A model generated the notes under the pieces. That model had not been told where the DNA came from. It worked only from the letters and a program-made list of their open reading frames with translations, and made no database searches. A stretch of DNA of 63,411 nucleotides, the filler included, from Folioceros fuciformis (Eukaryota): assembly GCA_049999805.1 (NCBI GenBank). It is 14 parts of 14 records of this genome, joined end to end, with 100 filler letters (N's around TTAATTAATTAA, not from the genome) between each part and the next. Parts side by side here need not be neighbours in the genome. Positions count along the whole stretch, not along the records: positions 46,313 to 51,263 come from JBNGIO010001178.1; positions 51,364 to 58,552 come from JBNGIO010001179.1; positions 58,653 to 60,957 come from JBNGIO010001182.1; positions 61,058 to 63,411 come from JBNGIO010001183.1; 10 more parts are not named here. One strand, 5' to 3'. The position numbers were made by a program, and so were the translations under genes. Below are positions 50,060-62,023 of this stretch, piece after piece (position 1 is the stretch's first letter; each line of letters begins with the position of its first letter).

Positions 50060-50853
50060 GATGGCTAGTGTAAAATGATCCAAGATTGTTTTGCTCACGA
50101 ATGATCACACAACTTGTGCTGGGGTAGAAGAGGGTGCCATGAATGATCAAGTTTCTTAGTTCATTGAACTTATGGGATCAATGTTGAGTAGGTTATTGCT
50201 ATGTGTTTATTATTCTGAAGTAAGGTCTTGTTGATTATTGAACATAAAAAGGGCCTTGTAGAAAAGCTACCCAACCTAGGACCTAAGGTCGAAAATGGTG
50301 CCTACCTATATGGAGAACCCTTTCCCTTGTAATCCAGGCCCTGCTTGATGTCACCAAACATGTATGTTACAGAGTCTCGGCAAGCGTTAACAGGACTTGG
50401 AGCCATGTTGATTGAGGAATGACCCATCGTGGAAGATACTCGGACACGAAGAATTGTATTGAACTCGGGCTAACTGGGACGAGAGTGCAGCGGGATGTTC
50501 AGCACAGCCTGGAGAAGTAGCGTTGGTGGAAGCTGAGGAGAGCGGAGCATTGTGGGCTTTCTTGTTCTCTGTCCAGTCCTGTGCCACCTGGATTACTTGA
50601 AACTGTGAAAATAGATGCTGCAGTGATGACAACAGTGGCTTTCATCCTCTTGGATGCCTGCAGGCAGAGAAAGGGAGTCTCCTGAAGCTGGTCAGCAGGT
50701 GAATGCACACAGCAGGAGATAGACCACCAGCTTTGTGGCTTGGAAATGCAGCAGCTGGTGGAGGCTGGAGCACCCGCATCGGCAGTAGGAGCAGCCCCGG
50801 ATTTGCAGTGATTGCTCCCAAGAGTGTGGAGTGCCCTGCAACTGTGGAAATGC

Positions 50854-51263
50854 TCATTTGTGATCTCCACAGGAGCACAAACCATCCCTGAAATGATGCA
50901 CACGGTGGGCATCTCGAACAATGATTTCCCTCTTTTCAACCCTGGAAACTGTCTTGGAGCCGATATGGCAGTGATCGCACATTCTGAGATTCTTCACTAT
51001 GAGCAGACTTGTGCCTGGAGGTGTGTTGAGGAGCCCAAATGCCAAAGCCAGCTTCTCAGCATGTCCACACAAGGCATCTTCCGTCTCGTCCTCGGGAAGT
51101 GCTCTCAGTACAGGACTAACTTGCCCTGTCCCCCGGGCCTGCAAAGTCAGACTTTTCAGCTTGGCAGATAGGTCTGCCCTCTTTTCTCCGACAACGAATT
51201 CGTACACCTTGTTGCCAACTTCTATTGCGGCCGTTGCAGGCTTTTTCTGAATCCCAGCAGACC
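50854..51263 (-). CDS. C-terminus of a PPR editing factor, DYW:KP-type deaminase-like domain ending in DHK (5'-truncated)
   Basis: SAGIQKKPATAAIEVGNKVYEFVVG..EDALCGHAEKLALAFGLLNTPPGT..KNLRMCDHCH..REIIVRDAHRVHHFRDGLCSCGDHK*. Confidence 0.92.
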
Positions 51264-51363
51264 NNNNNNNNNNNNNNNNNNNNNNNNNNNNNNNNNNNNN
51301 NNNNNNNTTAATTAATTAANNNNNNNNNNNNNNNNNNNNNNNNNNNNNNNNNNNNNNNNNNNN

Positions 51364-51576
51364 CCGGGCTTCCAGATGCTGCAGAAGAAGCCCGGGCAGC
51401 ACATTCCCACCATGGGCGGCCACGAGAGGTTCGCCTCCTCCGGCCTCCTCGTGCCCGACTGCAGCGTCTCCAGGTTCACCGATGCTGATGCTGATGTCGG
51501 TGACGTTCTCGGCAACATTCTTCCTGTCACCTGTGGCTCGACCGAGGCTGAGTCGGGCATGGTGTGCCGCCGTTGA
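51364..51576 (+). CDS. 3' end of a root-cap-domain (LEA-related) protein
   Basis: PGFQ..IPTMGGHERFASSGLLVPDCSVSRF..CGSTEAESGMVCRR*, the typical MP.MGG..F..S.L..PDC.V.RF..G.VC.R ending. Confidence 0.75.
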   Translation, partial: PGFQMLQKKPGQHIPTMGGHERFASSGLLVPDCSVSRFTDADADVGDVLGNILPVTCGSTEAESGMVCRR

Positions 51577-52376
51577 AGGCCTCAGGATGGGATCAGTTCA
51601 CAGTTTAGGACCTTTCTGTGTACGTATTTAGATTCAGAGATTGTGCCTTGCGGAAAATAACATGTGCAGGACTCCAACGCAGCGTAAGCTTCTACCGTCC
51701 TGCAGATCGCCGCTCATTCAGCAGCTGACAGAGCTGGATGGAGCTGATTGGGTGGCAGCTAATACACCTAACACTGTTTTGCTGCTGCTTCTGCGTAGGC
51801 TTCTGCGTCTGCTTCTGCTGACCAAGCCGATTGCAGGTGTGGAGAAATTTGGTCGTAGATCAACTGTTCTGCAGACCTGGAATTTGTATTCAAGGAAGGA
51901 AAGTGTTAGCCAAGAATTTTCTGTTCCTCAATACAGTAGCTAGTACATACCTAGTGTTGGATGCCCTCTGTCGGAAACTACCTTATGGCGCAGACCTATT
52001 ATTGTTTTTGTTGCAGACAAGCAAGCTTGTCCTCACCTACTGTGAACTTTCCTTCTCTTCGAAACTTTTGCTTAATAAGAACAGGTAGACGACAAGGCCT
52101 CCCGCATTTGGATGGTACTATTCTCGCTTGTGTTTCATCCCGTTGATTTACAATTTTCTGGTCGCTGATGAGGTGGAGACGTGAGAACGACTTGTTTCTA
52201 GTCGGAAGGACAAACTCTACCCACGGGTTTCCAAACCAGGGAGAGCCAGAATGTCAACTGCAAACAGGATACCGCATCGCATATTTTGAGGGCTCTCGAA
52301 AGATTCAGAATCCACGGGACGGAAGAATGGTAAATAAATTAGTGATCGATCTCCTTTAGCGTGAGGACTCACTGCA

Positions 52377-54504
52377 TCACGAATTCAACTGTGGGTAGAA
52401 TGTGACAGTTGTGGATGGTAGCCATGTCGAACCCTGAATGAAATTGTTCAGGAGGAACTCCTGGACCTGATCTGGTGTGTAGAATTGGTGGACTCCAGGC
52501 CATTTCACTCTGTCGGTTATCCCACCTCCTGGCCCCCGGCTGTTGTACTCCGCGTAGTATAGGGTTTGCAGAAACAAGTCTCCATTCCAAGGAAGCCATC
52601 CTGCGGGCTGGATGACCTTGTCCAAGGTGCTGTCCAGGATGATAGTTCTTGAAAAGTTTTTCCATGGCCTCCCCAGATACGTCCTGCAATGGGGAACAGC
52701 GATCCGTTAGGGGAGCTTTCACACACTCTGAACCCAGCTGTGGCTTCCACAAGCAGCTGTAACTCACAGGAAGGCGCTAGTGTTGGCCGAGTATGCTGGT
52801 GATGGTTGAAAGTCGCAATCTTGGAACACCAGTCCCGTATTCTGGTTAGGATCTGTTCTACCCTGAGCAGTGAAAATGTTTTGCTGAAGAACCAGCCCAG
52901 TGTCGGCAACGAGGGTGCAGTTTTGGAAGAAAGCTGCCGCGTTCCCAAATATGAAGTCCACAGTGCCCTGGACGATACATTGGCTGTAGAACTGTCGGTA
53001 ACTATGTGCATACAAGGTGTCTTGATACCCGACGGCTTTCACTTGGAACAAGGCCGACTGGTCAGCTGAAACCCTAATGGCTACAGCTTGATGGTTCGCT
53101 GCTCCTGCCGTGTTCTGGACGGTGAACCAGATCCCAATAAACCCGGCACCACTCACGGCTGCAAAACTCAATAGAAGAGTTTGTCAATGAAACCATACGA
53201 TTCAGAATACCATGAATGCATCCTCGTCGCGGAAACGAATCCTCACCCAAAGTCGCTGAGCGGAAGGTCGTCGTCCCTCCAAAAACACTCTTGTTGTCTG
53301 TGAGGACGGTTTTGTCGATCCCAGCTCCGACGAACGCAAGATTTGTCTTATTCTTAGAAACCTTGACTTGCCCCTGAAACGTACCTTCCGCGATCTGAAT
53401 GACGTAAATTATGTCGCTATGATCAGGAGCTTCGTCCACAGCATCTTGGATGCTTTGTCCAGCTCCCACAATAGCGTCAGCAGTCCTGCTCGAAATCTCG
53501 TCGAGCAAGCGGCGCAGGTGCACTTCTCTGTCAGGCCAATCTGGGAGCGCATCGTGTTGCCCCAAGCTAACCGCTTGAGGAGAGTTTGAATCTGTTGACA
53601 ACAGCTTTCTCAATCCGAGTCCACTGACACTGGGAAGTTTAGAGCTGAATGATCTGAGGTAATTGGCGAAGTAGAGGACGATGGAGTACAGCTGTCTCAC
53701 ATGATCACCACCTGTTGTCAATGGATCATCAGGCTGGAGAGGGTACTGCACATTCGTAGAGCGCAACGAAAAGTTCGAAGAACTGGTTGCTGGATAGTTG
53801 GGGTAGTTGTAAGCTATAAGCAACCCTTCAAGGCAAGTATCGTGATAGGTTGCTGATGCCGACAGCCATGTTTGGAGGTTGTTCAGTCCCTGCTTCAGAG
53901 TACCCAGATTGTGCAAGCCGTCGAGCTCCATACTGGATACACTTAGTTGCCTCCACGCTTCGTCCAGCAACTGCACAAACGCAGATGAGTAGGTTCTCTC
54001 ACCTTATGCCCTGAAAACTGTCCCAGCAATCGTGCAGACCAGGGCCGCAGGAACACACCGAATACGACATAGTCACAGCGTACTTACTTCACCACAGGTT
54101 GTCAAGACCTCAGTCCTGCTCGGATTGCTGTCGGCTAGTCTGATGAGCAAATCCGCCTCCGCTATAGATTGGTTGAGGGCGGTCTGTAACGTCTGGATCA
54201 GGTATGCGATGAAATCCTTAGGCTTCGCAGTGGAGTGGTTCGGATCACCCTGCAAAATAGTGGTACAGGTGTTGACGTACATCGTCCCACTGCAGATAGC
54301 CTTGATAAGCAACAAGCCAGCGGGAACGTCCTGGCCGTGATGATGCTTGCGACTCGCCACCACCCCCACCACGATGACGAGGATGAGCACAACCACGGCC
54401 ACCGGAACTCCAAACAAGCACCATTTCACTTTGCTGGACCGGCCAGCGCGAGTAATCGTGTACTCGGCCGGGTAGGGAAGATTGCGGTTGCCTGGAGACT
54501 TCAT
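52377..54504 (-). CDS. Pectin methylesterase with N-terminal TM anchor and PMEI pro-domain (copy 1), 4 exons
   Basis: LQTWLSASATYHDTC, RKLL and RRLL processing motifs, TTFRSAT, HQAVAIRVSAD, YQDTLYAH, GTVDFIFG, TAQGRTDPNQNTG, YLGRPWK, YYAEYNSRGPG. Confidence 0.95.
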
Positions 54505-55059
54505 GGTCCTCCTACCTCAGATCCGCTCGCCACAATAATCAAGCTTCCCCACCCTCCCGAACCGTCTCGCGCACTACCCTGTCCGATATCTGCAGGGTTC
54601 TCCTGCGTCGGCTCATCCCCACATACCCTCAGGCTCCAACCTCTCAGTCATAGCTTCCGCAGTAGGAAAGTACGCACATCCATTATGAGTTGTCCGGGAA
54701 TGCAATACCTTCGTCCCAGCCCCGGCCAGGATTAGGTGCTCCAGACCGTGCAGAACAGACTGCTATAATGACGAATTCTGACAGATGCCTGAGCTGAGAG
54801 TGAAGACTCCTCCCATCAGTAATACGACCGCGGCCCTGCGATGCGTCGCACAAACATGGGAACAAGGTAAATTGCTGCTCACGACTTCAGCACATGTTCA
54901 GAGTCACTGCGCGGCATTCATGGCCGTCGCCTCTTCCACCAATAACGCAGCGCAGGCAGTGCAGTACTGTGGAGTATGCACCATAACCGGAACCTCTCCT
55001 GCGAGCCCGCCTTCACATCCTGTTCTTCGTCGAGTTCAACGCAATACATCTGCTTGACT

Positions 55060-55560
55060 TCCATGTGCAGCGCCCTGTGCCCGACGGACAGACTACATTG
55101 ACCTCTGCCGCTCCCGCCGGGCGAGGCGGAGGCGTTTCCATCGGGGACCGCCATCGCGCGTATCGCGATGACGCTGCAGGTGGACGGCCACTTCCGCCTC
55201 ATTCTCTGCGCCGGGCCCGTGTCGGAGGAGGAGTACGCCGAGGCCCGCTGCTGAGTGGAGTGTGCCCAGGACTGCATGTCGCTTCTGAATGTGAGCCTCG
55301 AGTTCCGCGCCCTCACCACTCGGGCCACTCGGGTGGCCGGCTGGTTCGGCCAGACCTACTCCCCAGGCTTCCAGATACTACACGGAAGAAACACGGCCCG
55401 ATCACTCCCACGGGCGGCAACCCCAGGTTCACCTCCTCCGACGCCAGGCTCATGCCCGACTTCTGCGTCTCCAATTCTCACGAAAGCCGACGCTGCTGCC
55501 GATGCTGAGGACATTCTCGGCATCATTCGGACTGTCACCGGTGATTCCAGCCGGCAATAG
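55060..55560 (+). pseudogene. Decayed paralog of the root-cap-domain gene
   Basis: DCMSLLNVSLEFRAL..VAGWFGQTYSPGFQ then, after a frameshift, TPTGGNPRFTSS..MPDFCVS. DNA aligns with 51364-51576 and has an internal TGA and frameshifts. Confidence 0.7.
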
Positions 55561-56343
55561 TGTGCCGCCCTCGAGCTCATTGCTGACGATGCATTCTCAG
55601 TCACCGTAGTGAACCTACACTATGTAGCAAAGAGCTGGCTCACGGACCAGTGGCTTAGGAAACCACAGCACCCGACGTGGCAGCGTAAGCTGCTCTCATC
55701 CTCCCAGATGAGAAACAGCTGACACAGCTCGATGAAGGTCTGTACTGTACGTACATGTCTAAACACGTTGCATGACTTTGCTGCCTTTGCGAGTGTTGGG
55801 AAACATTGTCACATGTTGTTGTGCAGATAAGCAGTCGGTAAGCAGATCCGGAATTGTTCGTCCTGTATGCAAGTAAAGAACACTCATCTTTGGAGTCATA
55901 CTCTGTGGCTTATGCAGCCAAGTGTGGGGAAGTCTGCCGTGAGCCAAACAGGGATCTAGACGCGGTGTTCTCCTCAAAAACCGATTTCTACCCAATTTAA
56001 TGAAAAGACTGTTTTGAATTGTGTTTATACCAAAGTACATAAGACATGGTTATTTTACTGAAGTGGAGTTGAACAGGTCACCGGGGAAAGGATTGCCAGA
56101 ACAACTTCCAAAATTCCAAGAACCTTGTTTCAAGTGGGAAGGAGCACACTTTAATCACCTATCCCCAAAACCGGTAGAACCAAGATATCCAGTGCACAAA
56201 GCATAGTGTCGAGATAACCTCCGCAGGTGACAGAATGTTGAGGGCTCTGGGAAGAACCATGAAAGAATCAAAATCTAAAGGAGCCAAGCGTCTCCAATAC
56301 ATCACAAACCGAGGCTCCCTTCGCGAGGGAAGCTACAACAACG

Positions 56344-58466
56344 TCACGAATTTAGCTGTGGGTAAAAGGTGACAGATGTTGAAGGTAACCATGTGGACCC
56401 TTCGATGAAACTGTTCACAAGGAAACTTTGGATCTGACTTGGATCCGACACCTGATGGACTCCAGGCCATCTCACTCTGCCAGTAGTCCCACCTCCAGGT
56501 CCCCAGCTGTCATACTCCGCATAGTACAGGGTGTCCAGAAACAAGTCTCCATTCCAAGGAAGCCAACCTACGGGCTCGATGATGGAGTCCAAGTAGTTGT
56601 GCAGGAGGATAGTTCTGGAGTAATTTTTCCATGGCCTGCCCAGATACGACCTGCAATCGGAGCGGAACAAAGAGTCATTAGGAAATCTCGCACGAAGTCT
56701 GAAACCGGCTACAACCTCCACGATAAGTTGACAAAGTCCGGATAACTCACAAGTAGGCGCCAACGTTTAGAGAGTATCGAGGTGATGGTTGAAAGCTGCA
56801 ATCTTGGAAAACCAAGCCTGTGTTCTGGCCAGGATCTGTTCTACCCTGGGCAGTGAAAGTGTTTTGCTGACCAAGTATCCCAATATCAGCAATGAGGGTG
56901 GAGTTTTGGATGAAAGCTGCTCCGTTCCCGAACATAAAGTCCACAGTCCCCTGGACTATACACTGGCTGTAGAATTGACGGAAAGAGTGACAATACAGGG
57001 TATCTTGAAACCCGATAGCTTGCACCTGGAAAAGGGCCGATTTGTCAGCTGAAACCCTGAGTGCCACAGCTTGATGGTTCTCTGCTCCTGCAGTGTTGTT
57101 GACCGTAAACCCAATCCCAAGAAACCCGGCACCGTTCACGGCTGCAACAAAACAACAGAGACGTGGTCACTAAGAAGATGCAGCTCGTGGCTTCAATTCA
57201 ATGAGCTGCTTCACCGGCTAAAGCATGAGCTCACCTAAAGTTGCTGAACGGAAGGTCGTCGTCCCTCCAACGACACTCTTGCTGTCGGTGATTATGGTTT
57301 GATTGATCCCGGCTCCCAGGAACACAATATTCGTCTGCTTCTTAGAGATCTTGATTTGTCCCTCGAATGTGCCTGCAGCGATCTTAATGATATAAAGAGA
57401 AGGGCTATTGTCCGGAGCATTGTCCACAGCATCTTGGATGCTTCCACCAGGTTGTACATCGGCATCAGGTACCCTGCTCCAAACCTCGTCGAGCAAGCGG
57501 CGTAGGTGCCTTTCCCTGTCAGCCCATCCTGGAAGGGCATCCTGGTGCCCCAAGCCAAAGCCGTGCACAGAGTCATCTGTCGACAACAGCTTCCTGAGTC
57601 CACTCCCACCGAGACTGGGAAGTTTACTGCTATATGATCGAAGATAACCAACCATGGAGAGGACGATGCTGTACAGCTGCCTTATATGTTCACCATCACC
57701 TGTCACTGGATCAGAAGGCTCAACAGGGTAGCGGGAATCCGTAAAACTCAAGGGATAGCCCGACCTATTGGTCAGAGGATAGTTAAGGTTAGCAGCGACC
57801 AACAACTCTTCCAGACAAGTATCGTGATACGTTGCCGATGCTGACAGCCACGTTTGGAGGTCGTTCAGTCCCTGCTCCAGTGTGCGCGGATCGTTCAACC
57901 CCTTGAGGTCCGTAATAGACACGCTGAGCTGACTCCACGCTTCGTCCAGCAACTGCACAACGCAGACCAGACACCTACCTCTCTCAGAACCAGCCCTAAC
58001 GAGCCGCAATGCCAAAACCGCGGTAGCACGACACCAACAGTCACGCAAGTCTCACCTCACTGCAGGTGTCCAAGGCCGCAGCCGCAGTCGAGTTCACATC
58101 CGTTTGGGGGATGAGCAGCCCCACCAACGACAAGGAGGTATTGAGAGCGATCTGCAACGTCTGAATGAGGTACAAGGTGAGCTCCTTAGGGTTGGCAGTG
58201 TCGCGATTGGGGTCTCCGTTCAACGTGCTGTTACAAGTGTCGGGGTACAGCGTCCCGCTACAGATGGACCTGATAGCCGACGATCCAGTAGGGACGTCGT
58301 GGTCCTTATGATGCTTCCGGGTCGCCACCACCGACACCACAATGATAAGGATGAGCACAACCACCGCCACGGGGACTCCAACCAAGCACCATTTCCTCTG
58401 GCTGGATCGCTTAGCCCCAGGATACTCGTTCGGGTACGCGGGATTGAGGTGGCCGTACGCCTTCAT
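56344..58466 (-). CDS. Pectin methylesterase with TM anchor and PMEI pro-domain (copy 2), 4 exons
   Basis: Same exon layout as copy 1. FQDTLYCH, GTVDFMFG, YLGRPWK, RKLL and RRLL; ends TFYPQLNS*. Confidence 0.95.
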
Positions 58467-61400
58467 CTTCCTCCCTCGGATCAGTCCCCTCACCACTCAG
58501 TCCCCCTCTCCCGGCACCTAAACCACAGGCCACGAGACCACCTCACCCCTCCNNNNNNNNNNNNNNNNNNNNNNNNNNNNNNNNNNNNNNNNNNNNTTAA
58601 TTAATTAANNNNNNNNNNNNNNNNNNNNNNNNNNNNNNNNNNNNNNNNNNNNGTCTAACTTCGTCGTTAGGCTGTCCACTTGGGCGGGCTTTTTGGCCGC
58701 CCTCTTAATGAGGCAGGAAACAATCTTCAATGCCAAGTCTTTCGCAAAGTGGTCATCCAACACGAGGTCTAGATTTTCAAGGTCGAACTTAGAGTCGACC
58801 TCTGGTTGTCAACCATCACAAGCAATCGCTAAGAATAATATTCAAGGAAATTACATGAAGTAGTTGTAAAAAGACTAAAAAATAAGGATCATAACCGCCT
58901 ACTTTATGAAATTGGATTCAAGTTATGTTTTGAAGTGAACCTAGCATGTGGTAGATATGAGTGACTTGATATCACTACCTTCTTAATAGTGCAATGTTCC
59001 TCCAAGCTTTCTTTCATCCTTTAATAACTCGAGATACTACATCTCATATGCTTGATCCTCATAGGCCCAGGAGGTACTGGAGTATGATAAATAAGATGTA
59101 TTATGACAAGGTGTCTTGGGTTATTTGAAGATGATTCAAGAATTCCCAGACGTAGGTTCTATTCAGCTCTATTCTGCTTTGTTTGGCACCTGTTAGACGA
59201 TGTTAGTCAAGGTGGAACGCATCATAGCAGAGCACAGCTCTACCAAGAGCAACCGACGAACCCAACCAAATTAGACCCAAATACTCAAAGCATTGCCATG
59301 GCAGCATCGTCCTCTTATCTTTGGAGTAGATAAGACATTCCATCTCATTTTCAATAATAAAAAAATAATTAAACTTTTGTGGAATAGAAAAGTGGTATGC
59401 ATGACCCCAATCCCCAAACCTTACTACCTTACTTTTGTCTGCATTTAGAATAAAACACCCACTAATCAGTCATGTTTTGATCATCCTAGAAAGGAAAGTA
59501 TGTTTCCACAATTGTTTCAATGTACTTACATAAATTCTAAGCTTGTTATCCATTGACTTTATTTTGGAAACTACTTAAACTAGTAGTGAGGCATGAGTCG
59601 TTGATTTTGTCGGAGACTTGGAAACTACTTAGATCAGTGGTGGCTCTACAAGTTCCAAAGTGGTTCATAATTGTTGATTTGCTACATATTTGGAAACTAA
59701 CTAAAGTGATATTAAGTATTTCCCTTAAACAACTCTATTTAAGCTCTTTGTTTGTAGGCTTAATATCAAGTTGCTCCGTATTAAGTTTATGAAGGTCCAA
59801 CCTTACCCAGACTTCAAAATCATTTGAAACCTACAGCTGTGGGTATAAATTTTATGCAAGAGTTGAGTGATAATATAGAGACCTCAATTGTGGCACAAAA
59901 CGAATCATCTAAGAAGGGATAAGGAGACTTGCATCTGTAGTAATGCAATTCCTACAAATCAAAAGATGTAGATCATGCCGTTGGTGATCGATAGGGGTCA
60001 GAGAAGCACAACTATCTGGTCGCCAATTCAACATCCACAATGCAGCGGAATTTCTCGACGGTGGTTCCTATTACAGCACCTAAGGGCATGGATTCAACTA
60101 CATCTTTTGATGTTACTGACAATGCTTAAGAAAATTTATCAATGGTCACAAATGTTTTTCTTAATACTTACAACAAAGATCAAAAGAATTTATCAAGTCT
60201 ACCGTCTTTCCTTCGCCTTATCCATACTTGATTGGTGGGAGGAGTTGGTTTTTAGTATCCTTTTGTTGCAAATTTTTTTTATTTTTGTATTTTTTTTATT
60301 TGTATGTTTTTTCAGGATCATTGTGGAACACCTTAATTGTTTCTAACTAGATATATTTGTATAAGGTATATTTGGATTCCTACTTTTCTTGGCTATAATA
60401 TGGTTCAAGTTGTTTATTACATATGCCGTAGTGCTCATCACAATATTTGTAGTTGGTACTCAATTGTGGTTCAAGTTTCAATTTTGGTAACACCGCATGT
60501 AAGGATGTCATGTGCCTATCCGATTCTATTGTTTCATTAAAGCATATTGTTCATTTTTGCATGACATCACCCAACAATGTTTTGAAGATTCGTCATTTTA
60601 GTTAAATGATTTTGCACGTTTCTAGGTCGAATATCAAGTGTACAAGAGGAATTATGAGGGGAAGGTTTACTAGATCACATCCCAGCTTGTGGAACTACTC
60701 GTCATATGAATTTTCTTGTTTTTCACATTTTTTTTATGATCATATTGGTGTTGCTACTTAGCACGACCCATGGTTGTTTTGATTGTTTAATAAATTAGCA
60801 TGAGATTATTGCTTTACAAGATCAATTGTAAAGTTAGTACCCATGGTCATGTTATGGCCATTCATAACTCCTTGCTATTGAAACGATATCTAAAAAGATG
60901 AGGTTCTTCGAAACCCTCTTTTATATCTTGAGGTTTCTTCTCTATGCCAAAAAAACTNNNNNNNNNNNNNNNNNNNNNNNNNNNNNNNNNNNNNNNNNNN
61001 NTTAATTAATTAANNNNNNNNNNNNNNNNNNNNNNNNNNNNNNNNNNNNNNNNNNNNATGACACACCTCAAAACTACCCTCAAGTAGAACAAGCAACAGG
61101 AATTTATCAATGGGGACAACACATGGTGTATGATATATCTCAAAATTGCCCTCAAGTAGAATAAGCTCTGGCAATTCAACCAGCTCTGGAAATTCAACAA
61201 CAACAAGTTTATGAGGTTTATCAAGTTCCTCATGTCAATGAATGAGACCATATATCTTTCAATAACTTGGAGGATTTCATGATGAATATGGGTGAAGACC
61301 ATGATCCACAACAACAACAACCTCACCAAGAGGACAACTCGCAACCACAATTACATCATCAACAACATGAAGTTCATGAAGAACACATAATGCATCAACA

Positions 61401-61905
61401 AAGTTTGCATTTTCAATCTCAACCCAATTTGAAACATGTTATGGAAGAAGAAATACAATCTTTGTCTAATCCCAAGCATTCCAAATTAACCAAGTAATTC
61501 TCAAAATAGCATCAACGTTGGAAAGAAACTAATGTGCTAACCATTTACGACACATAATCTTAGATTATAGGTGTTGTGCTCCAAGAGATCTTATCTTTCA
61601 ACATCTAAATCTCTCCAACCCTAAGACTATCTAAACTTAACATACATCTTATATATGTATACTTAGCATGGATTAATGTATATATGAGGTGGCCAACCCC
61701 TACATTGATATACGCGCATATTCTTGCAACAGTGTATGCAGATGCCTCCCCTTGGGTGCTTCCTCCCCTCATGCACACCAAAGCTACTAGCCATCATTCC
61801 ACTTTTTGGTGGCTCACTTCACATGAGATCATCAAAAGGAGCAGCTTCTCTGCTCCCCCTCGCTTGATGTGAGCGGAACATAATACGTATATCCCAGGGT
61901 CATCA

Positions 61906-61916
61906 CCTCCCCCCTT
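61906..61916 (-). promoter_or_regulatory. Probable polypurine tract followed by the TG start of a 3' LTR (extending toward about 61530)
   Basis: Minus strand reads AAGGGGGGAGG|TGATG about 110 nt after the PHD ORF stop. Confidence 0.6.
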
Positions 61917-62023
61917 AATCTGCAGCCCAACTTTCGTGGGCAAGCCAGATTGACGAAAACGTACAGAAACTCCATCACGCAACATCATCCTCAATCTACC
62001 TTAATCAATAAATCATCTTCTCC

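Noticed and set aside
59960-60710. Possible DDE transposase relic (VDHA..GVREAQL..IHNAAEF; HIPACGTTRH)
   Set aside because: It needs several frameshifts and shows no full catalytic motif, so it is too weak without an HMM search. The 58653-60957 fragment is left unannotated.
5014-61057. Recurring TTAATTAATTAA in N runs, and apparent gene clusters across them
   Set aside because: These are identical synthetic linkers. ORFs ending in X..LIN and cross-spacer neighbourhoods are artefacts.
61058-61497. Q/H-rich short ORF
   Set aside because: Low complexity, surrounded by stops, no identifiable domain.
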